Assembly (NCBI GenBank): GCA_963663805.2
Contig: CAXXMR010000013.1
Span: 448,001-512,000, forward strand
Source of the DNA: Sedimentisphaerales bacterium
Lineage (GTDB): Bacteria > Planctomycetota > Phycisphaerae > Sedimentisphaerales > SM23-30
Direction: 5' to 3'
DNA length: 64,000 bases
The number at the start of each line of letters is the position of its first letter. Position 1 is the first letter of the stretch. The notes beneath the pieces are model-generated. The model was not told the DNA's origin. It searched no databases and was given only the letters and a program-made list of their open reading frames with translations. The translations under genes and the position numbers were made by a program. Below, in pieces: positions 1 to 9,904 of this stretch.

Positions 1-2
1 CT

Positions 3-659
3 GCCCAGAAGCTAGGCCGTCCCCACGTAATAGTTAAATGGGCACAGAGCATCGACGCTCAACTTGCCTGGCCGGAAAATTCTGACCGCCGCTGGATAAG
101 TTCGGACCAGTCGCGTCGTCATGTTCATCTGTTGCGCAGCGGCAGTGGGGCAGTACTGACCGGTGTTAATACCATTCTCGCCGACGACCCGCTGTTGAAT
201 GTCAGGCTTGACGAACCGGCCGTTCAACCTTTAAGGGTGGTCCTCGACCGAAAGATGCGAATCCCTGTTGATTGTCGGCTGGTCCGGACCGCCGCTGAAT
301 ATCGCACGCTGATTTATACCATTGTCGGTCAGGAAGAAAAGATACCGCAGCTTGTTCAAGCCGGCTGCGAAGTTGTCATAATCGAATCTATACCTGAATC
401 AGAAATGCTCAGAGAGGTTCTGTGTGACCTGGGCAAACGCGGTATAACAGATGTGTTTGTCGAAGCCGGTCCTCGACTGATTAATGCTTTTTTAACAGCC
501 AATCTTGCTGACCGCCTGATGGTGTATATCGCCCCGGTAATCATTGGTAAAGGCCCAGCCCCGTTGAATCTCGAAAATATCCCCATAGAGCCTCTGGATA
601 CCGAAAATCAGCAAATAGACAACGATATTCTCCTGACGATTTACTTGCGTGAAATCTGA
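3..659 (+). CDS. ribD: Riboflavin biosynthesis protein RibD, C-terminal reductase domain (5' partial)
   Basis: The frame is open from position 3 (RPHVIVKWAQSIDAQLA...RWISS...HVHLLRS) and continues with GVNTILADDPLLNVR, RVVLD and VFVEAGPRL, all RibD reductase motifs. Confidence 0.92.
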   Translation, partial: AQKLGRPHVIVKWAQSIDAQLAWPENSDRRWISSDQSRRHVHLLRSGSGAVLTGVNTILADDPLLNVRLDEPAVQPLRVVLDRKMRIPVDCRLVRTAAEYRTLIYTIVGQEEKIPQLVQAGCEVVIIESIPESEMLREVLCDLGKRGITDVFVEAGPRLINAFLTANLADRLMVYIAPVIIGKGPAPLNLENIPIEPLDTENQQIDNDILLTIYLREI

Positions 660-849
660 TTAATCGCAGTTTCGCTCTCCCGCCGCAGCTCTGACCAACG
701 CAACTGCCCGAATTGTCGGCTTAGGTACCAAGGGGGTTTTTGTTGGCATTGGCCATATAACATTGGATGGAAATATAAACAGTTGATTACTGGGGGGCGG
801 AAGTATACCATTACGGTGTTTGTTTACGTCAACAGAAGGATGTTATGGT

Positions 850-1690
850 ATGGAACTGACCTTAATCGTCGTATTGATATTAATTATCCTTTCGTTTATC
901 TGCGAGTATATGGATTCCACTTTAGGGATGGGGTATGGCACAACTTTGACTCCGGTTTTTATGCTGATGGGTTTTACTCCCTCTGAGATTGTGCCGGCAA
1001 TTTTGGTTAGCGAGCTGGTGACCGGTTTTCTGGCAAGTCTCTGTCATCATGGTCAGGGCAATGTGAATTTTCGGCCGCGTAACCGTGATATTTTTCGTAT
1101 TTACTATCTGGTGCACCCGCTGGAGTATTATCACCGAGTCCGCCGCTCGTTTCCGCTGCATCTGAAAGTCGCTCTGCTTTTTGGTATATGCAGCAGTGTG
1201 GGGGCGGTTGCCGCGGTTTTGGTGGCGGTCAATATTCCCAAATTCTGGCTCAAGATGTATATAGGCGTTCTGGTGCTGTCGATGGGGATATTGATTTTGA
1301 TTTTCTTTAACCGGAAAATCAAATTTTCCACTGCCAAAATTACGGTTTTGGGCTTGATGGCTTCGTTCAACAAAGGGCTCAGCGGGGGGGGGCTACGGCC
1401 CAGTCGTAACCGCCGGCCAGATGCTCGCTGGAATCGAAGGCAAAAACGCTGTAGGCATTACTTCCCTGTCAGAATCACTTACGTGCCTGGTAGGGGTGGT
1501 AATGTATTTGCTGATAGGCAAGGAAGTCAGTTGGCGGCTGGTGCCCTGGATAATAATAGGCGCGGTCGCTTCGGTGCCCTTATCCGTAAAAAGTGTCAAG
1601 TATATCAGCGAAACGAAATTAAAATTCGCTATCGCCGTGCTAACCATTATTCTGGGCTCATATACAATCTACAAGACGGTGTACTGTTGA
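850..1690 (+). CDS. TauE/SafE-family sulfite exporter-like membrane protein, split by a +1 frameshift in a G9 run
   Basis: DSTLGMGYGTTLTP and NKGLSGGG motifs. With G8 instead of G9 at 1384-1392 the frame reads SGGGYGPVVTAGQMLAG and joins ORF 1421..1690. Confidence 0.8.
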
Positions 1691-1691
1691 T

Positions 1692-4600
1692 TTACTGGCC
1701 TCTGCCGCAGCATTTTTTATATTTTTTCCCGGAGCCGCAGGGACAGGGGTCGTTGCGGCCTACTTTGGGGGTTTCGATTTTGATGGTTGGGGTTTTAACT
1801 TCGCCTTGCGGGGCCTGGGCGGCCTGTCTTTGAGCATCGAAATGTTCCGCCTGAGCGTGCATGGTACTGGAGATATTCCAGACGCTGCGCATTTGGGCGG
1901 AGCTGTCCAGTTGGGCCTTGAAGATTATATCGCTGACCTTCTCGCGGATGGTACTGAGCATGGTCTGGAACATGCGGTATCCTTCGCGTTTGTATTCCAT
2001 TTTGGGGTCGCGTTCAGCGAAGCCCCGCAGCCCGATACCGCTTTTGAGATGATCCATCGCGTAGAGGTGGTCTTTCCACTGGACATCGAAGATTTGCAAT
2101 AGTACATATTTTTCTAATTGGGTTAGTTCGCTGCGCAGGAACTCCCGACCGAGATGCTCGATGGTTTCCAGCGCGTTTTCCTGAGTCAGTTCTTCTTGTT
2201 TAAGTTTGCCGTCGAATCGATTATTGGCCCAGTCGGTCAGTTTCGCCACCGCATTTTCGCTCCAATCGCATTGTGGGCAGGTGCGGCTCGATATACTCCC
2301 TGAGTTTGCCGTTATTCCACTGGCGGTTCAATTCCAGCAGATGGGCTTGGAGCTTATCAAAGGACATATTCTGCACTTCGTCGAGGTCTATTTCGACATC
2401 GAACTTATATTTAACCCAATCGCAGACTGCCCGGGCTGCCTGGCCTGAGCCCGCCTGCTGACGGTGCAGGGCGATGTTGAGGATGTGGTCGATGGGGAAT
2501 TCTATTTCGCGGCGGCGATAAGCTGTGCGAGCTTCTTCGAGAAGAAATTCCTCGACCTGCGAGGCGGATTTTTCGGCCATATCCTCAGCTTTTACTGACA
2601 AGGCAAATTTGTCATTGAACCAGCCGGCTAATGTTTGCCGGGGGTAATCATCCTCGAGAAAAGCCGTAATACGCGAACAGTCGGTTTTGTCGATTTGTAC
2701 GCAGGCGGCATCGCGAAGCTGTTCGTAAACCTCTTCGAAATTCATTTTACGCAGCTGAGTATTGGAGACATTCACAGAGAATTTACTCATAGCCCATTTA
2801 CTCAGTGCCTTGAGGTCCCATTCTTCGACGGGGATGTCGTCGTCCATATACTCGCCCAGGGTAATGGAGATTTCCTGCTCGGCGTTGTTGCGGGCGTGGT
2901 CGAGAATAGTATGTTCCAGCGACTCAGCGTCCCGTCCCTTAATACGGTCCATGTCCAGCTCAACCCCCAGGGTGGTCCGGGCCCATCCCTGGATGCAGAC
3001 ATAGGGATAGAGCTTATCGAGCATGGTCTGGCAGCATTCGTTTACGGCGTCCTCGACCATTTCCCAGATGAGACCTTCGAGCTTGCGTCCTTCGAGAATA
3101 GACTGCCGACGTGTATAGAAAACCTGCCGCTGATAGTCCATGACCTCGTCATATTCTAGCAGGCTTTTACGTGCTTCAAAATTGCGTTCTTCAACCTTTT
3201 TCTGGGCCCGTTCAACGCCCTTGCTGATTTGTTTGTGATAAATTGGTTCGCCTTCCTGCCAGCCAATCCACGAAAGTGCCTTGACGGTCCAGTCCGAAGC
3301 GAAAATTCGCATGAGGTCATCGTCGAACGAAAGGAAAAACTGACTCGAACCCGGGTCGCCCTGACGACCGGCACGACCGCGTAACTGATTGTCGATTCGC
3401 CGGGCTTCATGGCGCTCTGTGCCGAGTACATGCAAACCACCAACTTCGCGTACGCCGCTGCCGAGCTTGATGTCCATACCGCGACCGGCCATATTTGTCG
3501 CGATAGTTACATTGCCCCATTTATTGCCGTCGCGGTGGGCATACTGCTGACCGGCCTTGACGATGATGGCTGCTTCGCGGGCATGCTGTTTGGCGTTGAG
3601 AACTTCATGTTCCAGGCCATACCGCCGGGTAAGGGCCGCTGAAAGGGCCTCACTCTTTTCGATACTGATGGTGCCGACCAGTACCGGCCGACCTGACTTA
3701 CTTATAGCGTGAATCTCATCCACAATCGCGTTGAACTTCTCGGCGATATTTTTGAAAATCAGGTCGTCCTGGTCATCGCGAACAATGGGCCGATTGGTGG
3801 GAATCGCCACCACTTCCAGCCCGTAAATTTTATTGAACTCATCCGACTCCGTCATCGCTGTCCCGGTCATGCCCGCCAACTGCTGATAGAGTTTAAAGAA
3901 ATTCTGGATGGTAATGGTCGCCATGGTCTGCGACTCCTGTTTCACGGTCACATTCTCTTTGGCTTCGACGGCCTGATGCAGACCATCGGACCACTGTCGT
4001 CCCACCATCAGACGACCGGTAAAGCTATCGACAATGACCACCTCACCGGCCTGCACAACGTAATCTTTCTCTTTTTCGTAGGTCACATGCGCCCGCAGGG
4101 CCTGCTCCATCAGGTGAGGCCATTCCATATTCGACCCCACAAAGAAACTGCCCACGCCCGCCAATTCCTGAGCCGCTCCGATACCTTCATGCGTCAGATG
4201 GGCACTATGCCGGTCCTGTTCCACTTCATAATATTGCGTAGCTTGCTCCAGTTTAGCCTGCAAGCTCTCGAGCTCATCCTGGGCCCGGTCCATTTCCTTT
4301 TCCGCCGCGGCCATCCGTTCGCTGTCCTTGCTCTTTTTCGCTTCGGAATATTCACCTTCGGTGTTAGCGATACGACGGTTGACTTGGTCAATCTGCTTTT
4401 CCAGATTAGCGTAAGGTTTCTGCTTATTGATGAGTTCACGCGCCACCACATCTGCTTTTTTATAGCGCGTAACATCATCCTGAGCAGGCCCGGAGATAAT
4501 CAACGGCGTACGGGCCTCGTCAATCAGGATCGAGTCAATCTCATCGACTATCACATAGTCCAGCGGACTTTGCACCTGGTCCTCAAAACGCACTTTCATA

Positions 4601-5487
4601 TTATCACGTAGGTAATCGAAGCCGAACTCGTTGTTTGTTCCATGCGTAATATCGCAATCGTACTGATAACGCCTTTCGTTACCGGCGGTGTCCATTTCGG
4701 ATTGAATAGCGCCGATGCTGATGCCCAGCCCTTCATAAACCGGGGCCATCCAGTCGCGGTCACGCTTGGCCAGAAAATCATTGGTCGTAACCACGTGAAC
4801 CTTACGCCCGCTCAGGGCCACGATATAAACTGCTAGTGTCGCTACGAGTGTTTTACCTTCACCGGTGGCCATTTCCGTGATTGAACCTTCATATAACGCA
4901 CTGCCGCAAATCAGCTGCACATCGAAATGTCGAAAACGAAATACCGGTCTTTCCGTATGCGGAAACTTTTCCCTTATTTCCGCGTAAAACGCCGGATTAA
5001 GCTCAATGCGATTTACGTCCTCGTCATTTTTGACCCGTGCGAGTACGTCGTCATAAATCGCCCGGTTCTCCGCTGATAATATCGTCGCGTCGAAAGCATA
5101 TTGATGGTCAAAGACATTGCGAATGCCCAGATAGCGGTCGGCTGATTCCCGCACCGCCGCGAACGCCTCTGCCAGTACATTATCGCAGCACTGGCGAAAC
5201 TGGCTGATGAGCTGTCTCTTGGCGGGCGTACGAGCTTCGGAAGGCAGAAGCTGAACTTCACGCAGTTTTTCCCGCAGGTCCGGCCCGATTATCTTCGTTT
5301 CCAGCTCCGCGATGCGTCCCTTAAGCTCAGCCGTTTTATGCCGCAGCTCAGAGTCACTCAGACGATTATATTCGGCCTCCAACCCCGCCACGCGAGCGAC
5401 GAACTCCTGCCGCTTCTTTACATAGCGGTCACTGCTGGACTTGAATATCTTCAAAAAAGTTTTGCCGAGTGTTTCTTGTATTGACAT
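1692..5487 (-). CDS. secA: Preprotein translocase ATPase SecA with insertions, split by one frameshift near 2250-2320
   Basis: [51 protein letters not shown] 1692..2249 carries [26 protein letters not shown] and the SEC-C motif [18 protein letters not shown]. Confidence 0.97.
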
Positions 5488-5559
5488 TATATCAGCGTCC
5501 TTTTTACGAGTATTTTACCGTTTGCCCGATAGTAAACAGGTATGTTTTCTATTAGCTTT

Positions 5560-6183
5560 TCATTTATTATCGGGTTTTTGATTTTTTATGTCCGGAAATT
5601 TCAAAACATTCGTCCCATCATCCCCAACTTGAGGAGGAAATTCTTCTTCCGCTATATCCTTCGCCTTATTCATCATTTTCATAAACTCCGGCAGCACACC
5701 CATTCCCTGAAGACTTTGAATCATCTCCTCCGGCAAACTTTCCGGACTGCCGTCAAATTCATCAAATATCCCATTGAGCGGATGATCTTCGAGCGTATCC
5801 TCGGTACACCAACGAGGGTCAAAAGGTATTATCTCCAGCCCGTCACGCAGAACAGCCCATTTCTTCTGCATGGTAGATTTCGCTACCCCAAAAGCCTTGG
5901 CCAGATGCTCCGGGTTGATATAAGGCTCGAAACTGTCATCATCCAGAAAATTGACCCGGCAAATAGCGTAAACCACCCCGCAGGCCCAGCCCTCAGCTTT
6001 GCCCCGCGCCGCCGGCGTGTCCGGACCACAGAGGTCCAATACCATTATCCGGCACAAATCCCTGTATTCATCGTCCAGATGTATATAACAGAATTTGTCC
6101 GTCAGACCTACAATTTCCAAAAAACGATTATGCAATTCCGGCGGAACTTCCTCCAGCATTTCTTCCAGCATCGCATCTATCAT
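5560..6183 (-). CDS. Hypothetical acidic protein, DUF6398-like
   Basis: TDKFC..HLDDEYRDLC and RGKAEGWACGVVYAI.RVNFL resemble DUF6398 (recalled, not searched). It lies between uvrD and secA on the same strand. Confidence 0.6.
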   Translation of the reverse strand: MIDAMLEEMLEEVPPELHNRFLEIVGLTDKFCYIHLDDEYRDLCRIMVLDLCGPDTPAARGKAEGWACGVVYAICRVNFLDDDSFEPYINPEHLAKAFGVAKSTMQKKWAVLRDGLEIIPFDPRWCTEDTLEDHPLNGIFDEFDGSPESLPEEMIQSLQGMGVLPEFMKMMNKAKDIAEEEFPPQVGDDGTNVLKFPDIKNQKPDNK

Positions 6184-6198
6184 AATCTCATCCTTTCC

Positions 6199-8382
6199 CT
6201 AGGCCGGAAAATCTAACTTCTCCAACTTTGCGTATTGCAGCAGCAATGTCTTTCTGCCCGCCGTATTGAAAGTCACCACCACCCGGCAATCATTGCCGCT
6301 GGGAGTAATCTCCTGAATCTTGCCCAGCCCGAACTTCGGATGACGCACCATCTGTCCTTTCGTCAGGCCGCCCGTCGGATCTTTGGCTTCCTGACTCTCA
6401 CTATAATCATAACCGGGGTCAGTGTCCTGGTCCATCCAGTCGCGGTCATCTTTGCTTTTGGCATCGTCCCAGCCCGCCACCGACAGTGATTTGAGATTCC
6501 GCAGAAACTGACTGCGAATCGTCGCCATCGACATGCCATGCATCGTCCGGTTCTGGGCATAGCTCAGCGAAAGCTCATTCTGAGCCCGCGTAATCCCCAC
6601 AAACAGCAGTCGCCGTTCTTCCTCGATACCTTTTTCCGTATCGATACTCCGTACATGCGGCAGCAGGCTTTCTTCTACGGCCACAATCCGCACCGCGGGA
6701 AATTCCAAACCCTTGGCAGCGTGCAGCGTCATCAGCGACACCGCGCCCGACTGGTCATTGTAAGCGTCCGAATCACTCAACAGAGCAATTTGCTGCAAAT
6801 AATCATCCAGCGAAGGATTCTCGCAGTTCTCATCATATTCACTCGCCGAGTTAATCAACTCCTCGATATTATCACACGGATCAGAAGTCGGGTCCGCCTT
6901 GTAAAGTTTCTCAAGCCCCGATTTCTCATAAACCACTCGCATTAAATCAGAGATAGACCCGTCGGGCAGCTTGCTGAATTCGACCATCATATCCACAAAC
7001 TTATGCACCTTGCCGCTGGCTGCCGATTTGACCGCACTTATCGAATCTACGCTCTTTAGCGTCTCCCAAATACTAATCCCAGTCATATTGCTCTGGTCAA
7101 CCAAGCGTGTAACCGTGGTATTGCCGATTCCCCGCGCCGGCTGATTGATTATCCGACGCAGCGATACCTGGTCGTTTTCATTCGACAGAAACTTCAGATA
7201 TGCCAGCATATCCTTGATTTCCTTGCGTTTGAAAAATTCCACGCCGCGTACCACCTGATAAGGTACCTGGCTGCGTATTAACGATTCTTCCAGCACCCGG
7301 CTCAGCGAGTTTACCCGATAGAACACCGCTATATCCCGAAAGGCCCGGCCCGCCTTATGCTGCTGCTGAATCCAGTCCACCAGCCCCCGTGCTTCTTCAC
7401 GTTCATCGTAATACTGATACAGTTCCGGTTTGGACCCGCTCGACCGCGACGTAAAAAGTTTCTTTTCCTTACGTTGGCTGTTCTGCTGAATAATCTCATC
7501 CGCCAACGCCAGCACTTCCGGCGTAGACCGAAAATTTTCTTCCAGCCGCACCACTTTCGCGTCCGGGTAATCCTGCTCAAATGCCAGAATATTAGCAATG
7601 TCGGCCCCACGCCACGCGTAAATCGACTGGTCCGGGTCGCCGGTCACAAACAGATTACCGTGATTCAACGCCAGCCCGCGGGCAATCTGATACTGACAAT
7701 GATTGGTATCCTGATACTCGTCCACCAGTACATACTGAAAACGATGATTCAAAAAATCCCGCAAAGAACTATCATCACGAATCAGCAACGCCAGCTTCAT
7801 CAGCAGGTCATCGAAATCTACCGCTCCGTTTTTCGTCAGTCGTTTCTGGTAAGCCTGATATATCCGCCCGACGGCTTTGGAAAGAAAATCCGCCGCCTGA
7901 CCCAGAACTTCCTCCGGACCAATTAAATCATTTTTGTAATTACTGATGCGATTGAGAACCTTGCCCGGCACGTAATTGCCGGTATCGAGGTCGCAGTCTT
8001 TCACCGCGTCGCGTACAGCGGTTTTCTGGTCGGCGTCATCATAAATCGTAAAACTCTGCGGCAGGCCAGCCTTTTCGTGAAATTCCCGCAAAAGCCGGGC
8101 CGCCAGACTATGGAACGTACACATAGTGCAGCCGCGCGGGATATTCATCCGCCCCAGCCGCTCCCGCATTTCCTCAGCGGCCTTATTGGTAAAAGTAATC
8201 GCCAGAATATTATAGGGGCGTATTCCCTGCTGAATCAGATACGCCACCCGATGGGTAATAACCCGGGTTTTTCCGCTGCCCGGCCCCGCCAAAACCAGCA
8301 TTGGCCCGTCAACATGTGCCGCCGCTTGTCTTTGGGCCGCGGTCAATCCCGCCAATAAATCAGTACTACTGTTCACGCTCAT
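6199..8382 (-). CDS. pcrA: UvrD/PcrA ATP-dependent DNA helicase
   Basis: LAGPGSGKT, TFTNKAA, LVDEYQDTN, GDPDQSIYAWRGA, TLHAAKGLEF, EEERRL, and a C-terminal Tudor-like VRHPKFGLG. Confidence 0.95.
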   Translation of the reverse strand: MSVNSSTDLLAGLTAAQRQAAAHVDGPMLVLAGPGSGKTRVITHRVAYLIQQGIRPYNILAITFTNKAAEEMRERLGRMNIPRGCTMCTFHSLAARLLREFHEKAGLPQSFTIYDDADQKTAVRDAVKDCDLDTGNYVPGKVLNRISNYKNDLIGPEEVLGQAADFLSKAVGRIYQAYQKRLTKNGAVDFDDLLMKLALLIRDDSSLRDFLNHRFQYVLVDEYQDTNHCQYQIARGLALNHGNLFVTGDPDQSIYAWRGADIANILAFEQDYPDAKVVRLEENFRSTPEVLALADEIIQQNSQRKEKKLFTSRSSGSKPELYQYYDEREEARGLVDWIQQQHKAGRAFRDIAVFYRVNSLSRVLEESLIRSQVPYQVVRGVEFFKRKEIKDMLAYLKFLSNENDQVSLRRIINQPARGIGNTTVTRLVDQSNMTGISIWETLKSVDSISAVKSAASGKVHKFVDMMVEFSKLPDGSISDLMRVVYEKSGLEKLYKADPTSDPCDNIEELINSASEYDENCENPSLDDYLQQIALLSDSDAYNDQSGAVSLMTLHAAKGLEFPAVRIVAVEESLLPHVRSIDTEKGIEEERRLLFVGITRAQNELSLSYAQNRTMHGMSMATIRSQFLRNLKSLSVAGWDDAKSKDDRDWMDQDTDPGYDYSESQEAKDPTGGLTKGQMVRHPKFGLGKIQEITPSGNDCRVVVTFNTAGRKTLLLQYAKLEKLDFPA

Positions 8383-8701
8383 ATCTTCCCTGATATTTTC
8401 CACCGCCCCAAACGGGCGACTTTATCCTCAACTTCAATGCCGACGAACACTACCCACCGGCTAAACGCCCGATGATACCCGAAGATAAGGACCACTGCAA
8501 GAAATTGGCGATGCGTCTGCCCCTTGCCCCTTTGCCCCCGAGACATTTTTGGGAACTATGAAAGTATCGGTTGCCGCTTTGGCTGAGGATGCAGGTAGTG
8601 ATGACTGGGAATCGAGTTTGCAGATTACCCATTTTGACATTTCCCTAATTCTATATAAAATCTTGCCCCGGTGAAATTGTAAAGTTTTTATTGGTGAGGG
8701 C

Positions 8702-8730
8702 TTGACAGTAATCAGGTAATCAGGTAAATT
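8702..8730 (+). promoter_or_regulatory. Sigma70-type promoter of tRNA-Val
   Basis: TTGACA-17 nt-TAAATT, ending 12 nt upstream of the tRNA. Confidence 0.7.
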
Positions 8731-8742
8731 TACGAGACTCAA

Positions 8743-8816
8743 GGGCGATTAGCTCAGTTGGCTAGAGCGCCTGCTCGACATGCAGGAGGTCACAGGTTCA
8801 AGTCCCGTATCGCCCA
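8743..8816 (+). tRNA. tRNA-Val(GAC)
   Basis: Acceptor stem GGGCGAT/ATCGCCC, D-arm AGCTCAGTTGGCTAGAGC, anticodon arm CCTGC-TC-GAC-AT-GCAGG, T-loop GGTTCAAGTCC. CCA is not encoded. Confidence 0.97.
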
Positions 8817-8819
8817 TTT

Positions 8820-9052
8820 CTATCTTTTTTGAATTATCGCACCGTAACGCATTATCTCTCAAGACGTTGCAAACACTAAAGTTGTCGATTCCGCTGATTT
8901 TTTGGTGGGAGGCTATGAGGGGCAGTTCGGCGGTGTTCAATGAGGTGCGAAAGTTACAGCCTTTTCTCCGATTCCGCGTGATTACGTCACGTTCTCCAGG
9001 TTCGGCATTTTCGAACGCCTCTCGCAGATGAGGCAGTAATTCCGGGAATAAC
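8820..9052 (-). pseudogene. Fragment of a tyrosine integrase abutting the tRNA 3' end
   Basis: LFPELLPHLREAFENAEPGERDVITRNRRKGCNFRTSL resembles the pre-catalytic segment of planctomycete phage-type integrases (recalled). The catalytic residues and the N-terminus are absent. Confidence 0.55.
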
Positions 9053-9208
9053 CAGTCCATTATCCCCGGCAACACATTATTGTTTCTTGATGAGAGCAAG
9101 GCTGCTCCGGAAGTTTTTGCTACGCTGAGATATTTTTATGAGCAAATGCCAAAGTTACATATTATAGCAGTGAGTTCACTTCTTGGATTTGTCCTTGAAA
9201 AACATTAG
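9050..9208 (+). pseudogene. Internal fragment of an AAA_14/DUF4143-type ATPase
   Basis: Translates NQSIIPGNTLLFLDESKAAPEVFATLRYFYEQMPKLHIIAVSSLLGFVLEKH*, the Walker B region of this family. It has no start codon and no Walker A. Confidence 0.7.
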
Positions 9209-9904
9209 TTGTTTACGCAGTTTGAATAATTCTTTGAACGCCCGCAGAATGACTTTGATATTCGCTCCGCTTTGCGTGCCGGCCTGACGCGGGTAATGAG
9301 TTACGGGCCGTTGTACCATGCGGCAGCCCAGCCGCTGGGCACGGGCGAGAATTTCCGTGTCGATCAGGGCACCGGTGCTGTGCATTTCTATCTTATCGAA
9401 TATCTCCCGACGATATAATTTGAACGCGCAATCTATATCACGCAGATGCAAACGAAACATAAAATTAACCAGTTTGCCCCAGGCCCAGGCGTTTACTTTC
9501 CTGATAAACGGGTCCTGTCGATTGGCACGATAGCAGGTGATAATATCATTATCATCGGTCAAATCCAGCAGGCCGGGCAGCTCGCCCAAATCGAACTGGC
9601 CGTCGCCGTCCGTATAAAAAACCCACTCTTTAGTCGCGGCTTTGAAGCCACTTTGCAAAGCGGAACCGTAGCCTTGATTGTGAAGGTGATGCACTACTTT
9701 AATGTTTTCATTATCAGCGGCGAGCCGGTCGGCTATGGGGCCGGTGTCGTCGCGACTGCCGTCGTTTACTATTATGATTTCGTAATCATCGCTGATTGGG
9801 GGCAGGACTTTCAGGGCCTGCTCAGCCATTCGCTGGACATTCCCCTGTTCGTTGTGGCAGGGGAAAAATACTGAGACGCTGATTTTTTTGGGGTTTACCA
9901 CCAC
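9176..9904 (-). CDS. Glycosyltransferase family 2 (polyprenol-phosphate sugar synthase/DPM1-like)
   Basis: SVFFPCHNE, IIVNDGSRDDT, NQGYGSAL, YTDGDGQFD, DIDCAFKLYRR. Confidence 0.9.
   Translation of the reverse strand: MVVNPKKISVSVFFPCHNEQGNVQRMAEQALKVLPPISDDYEIIIVNDGSRDDTGPIADRLAADNENIKVVHHLHNQGYGSALQSGFKAATKEWVFYTDGDGQFDLGELPGLLDLTDDNDIITCYRANRQDPFIRKVNAWAWGKLVNFMFRLHLRDIDCAFKLYRREIFDKIEMHSTGALIDTEILARAQRLGCRMVQRPVTHYPRQAGTQSGANIKVILRAFKELFKLRKQLMFFKDKSKK

Noticed and set aside
1692..2249. Separate SEC-C protein or programmed frameshift in secA
   Set aside because: It is the normal SecA C-terminus, no slippery heptamer is evident, and similar indels recur across the window.
8461..8640. Possible 59-aa ORF (MSKWVICK...) or ncRNA upstream of uvrD
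   Set aside because: No recognisable motif or RNA family; it cannot be supported from sequence alone.
8749..9099. 116-aa ORF as a real gene
   Set aside because: It is a chimera of antisense ATPase relic, integrase fragment and antisense tRNA.
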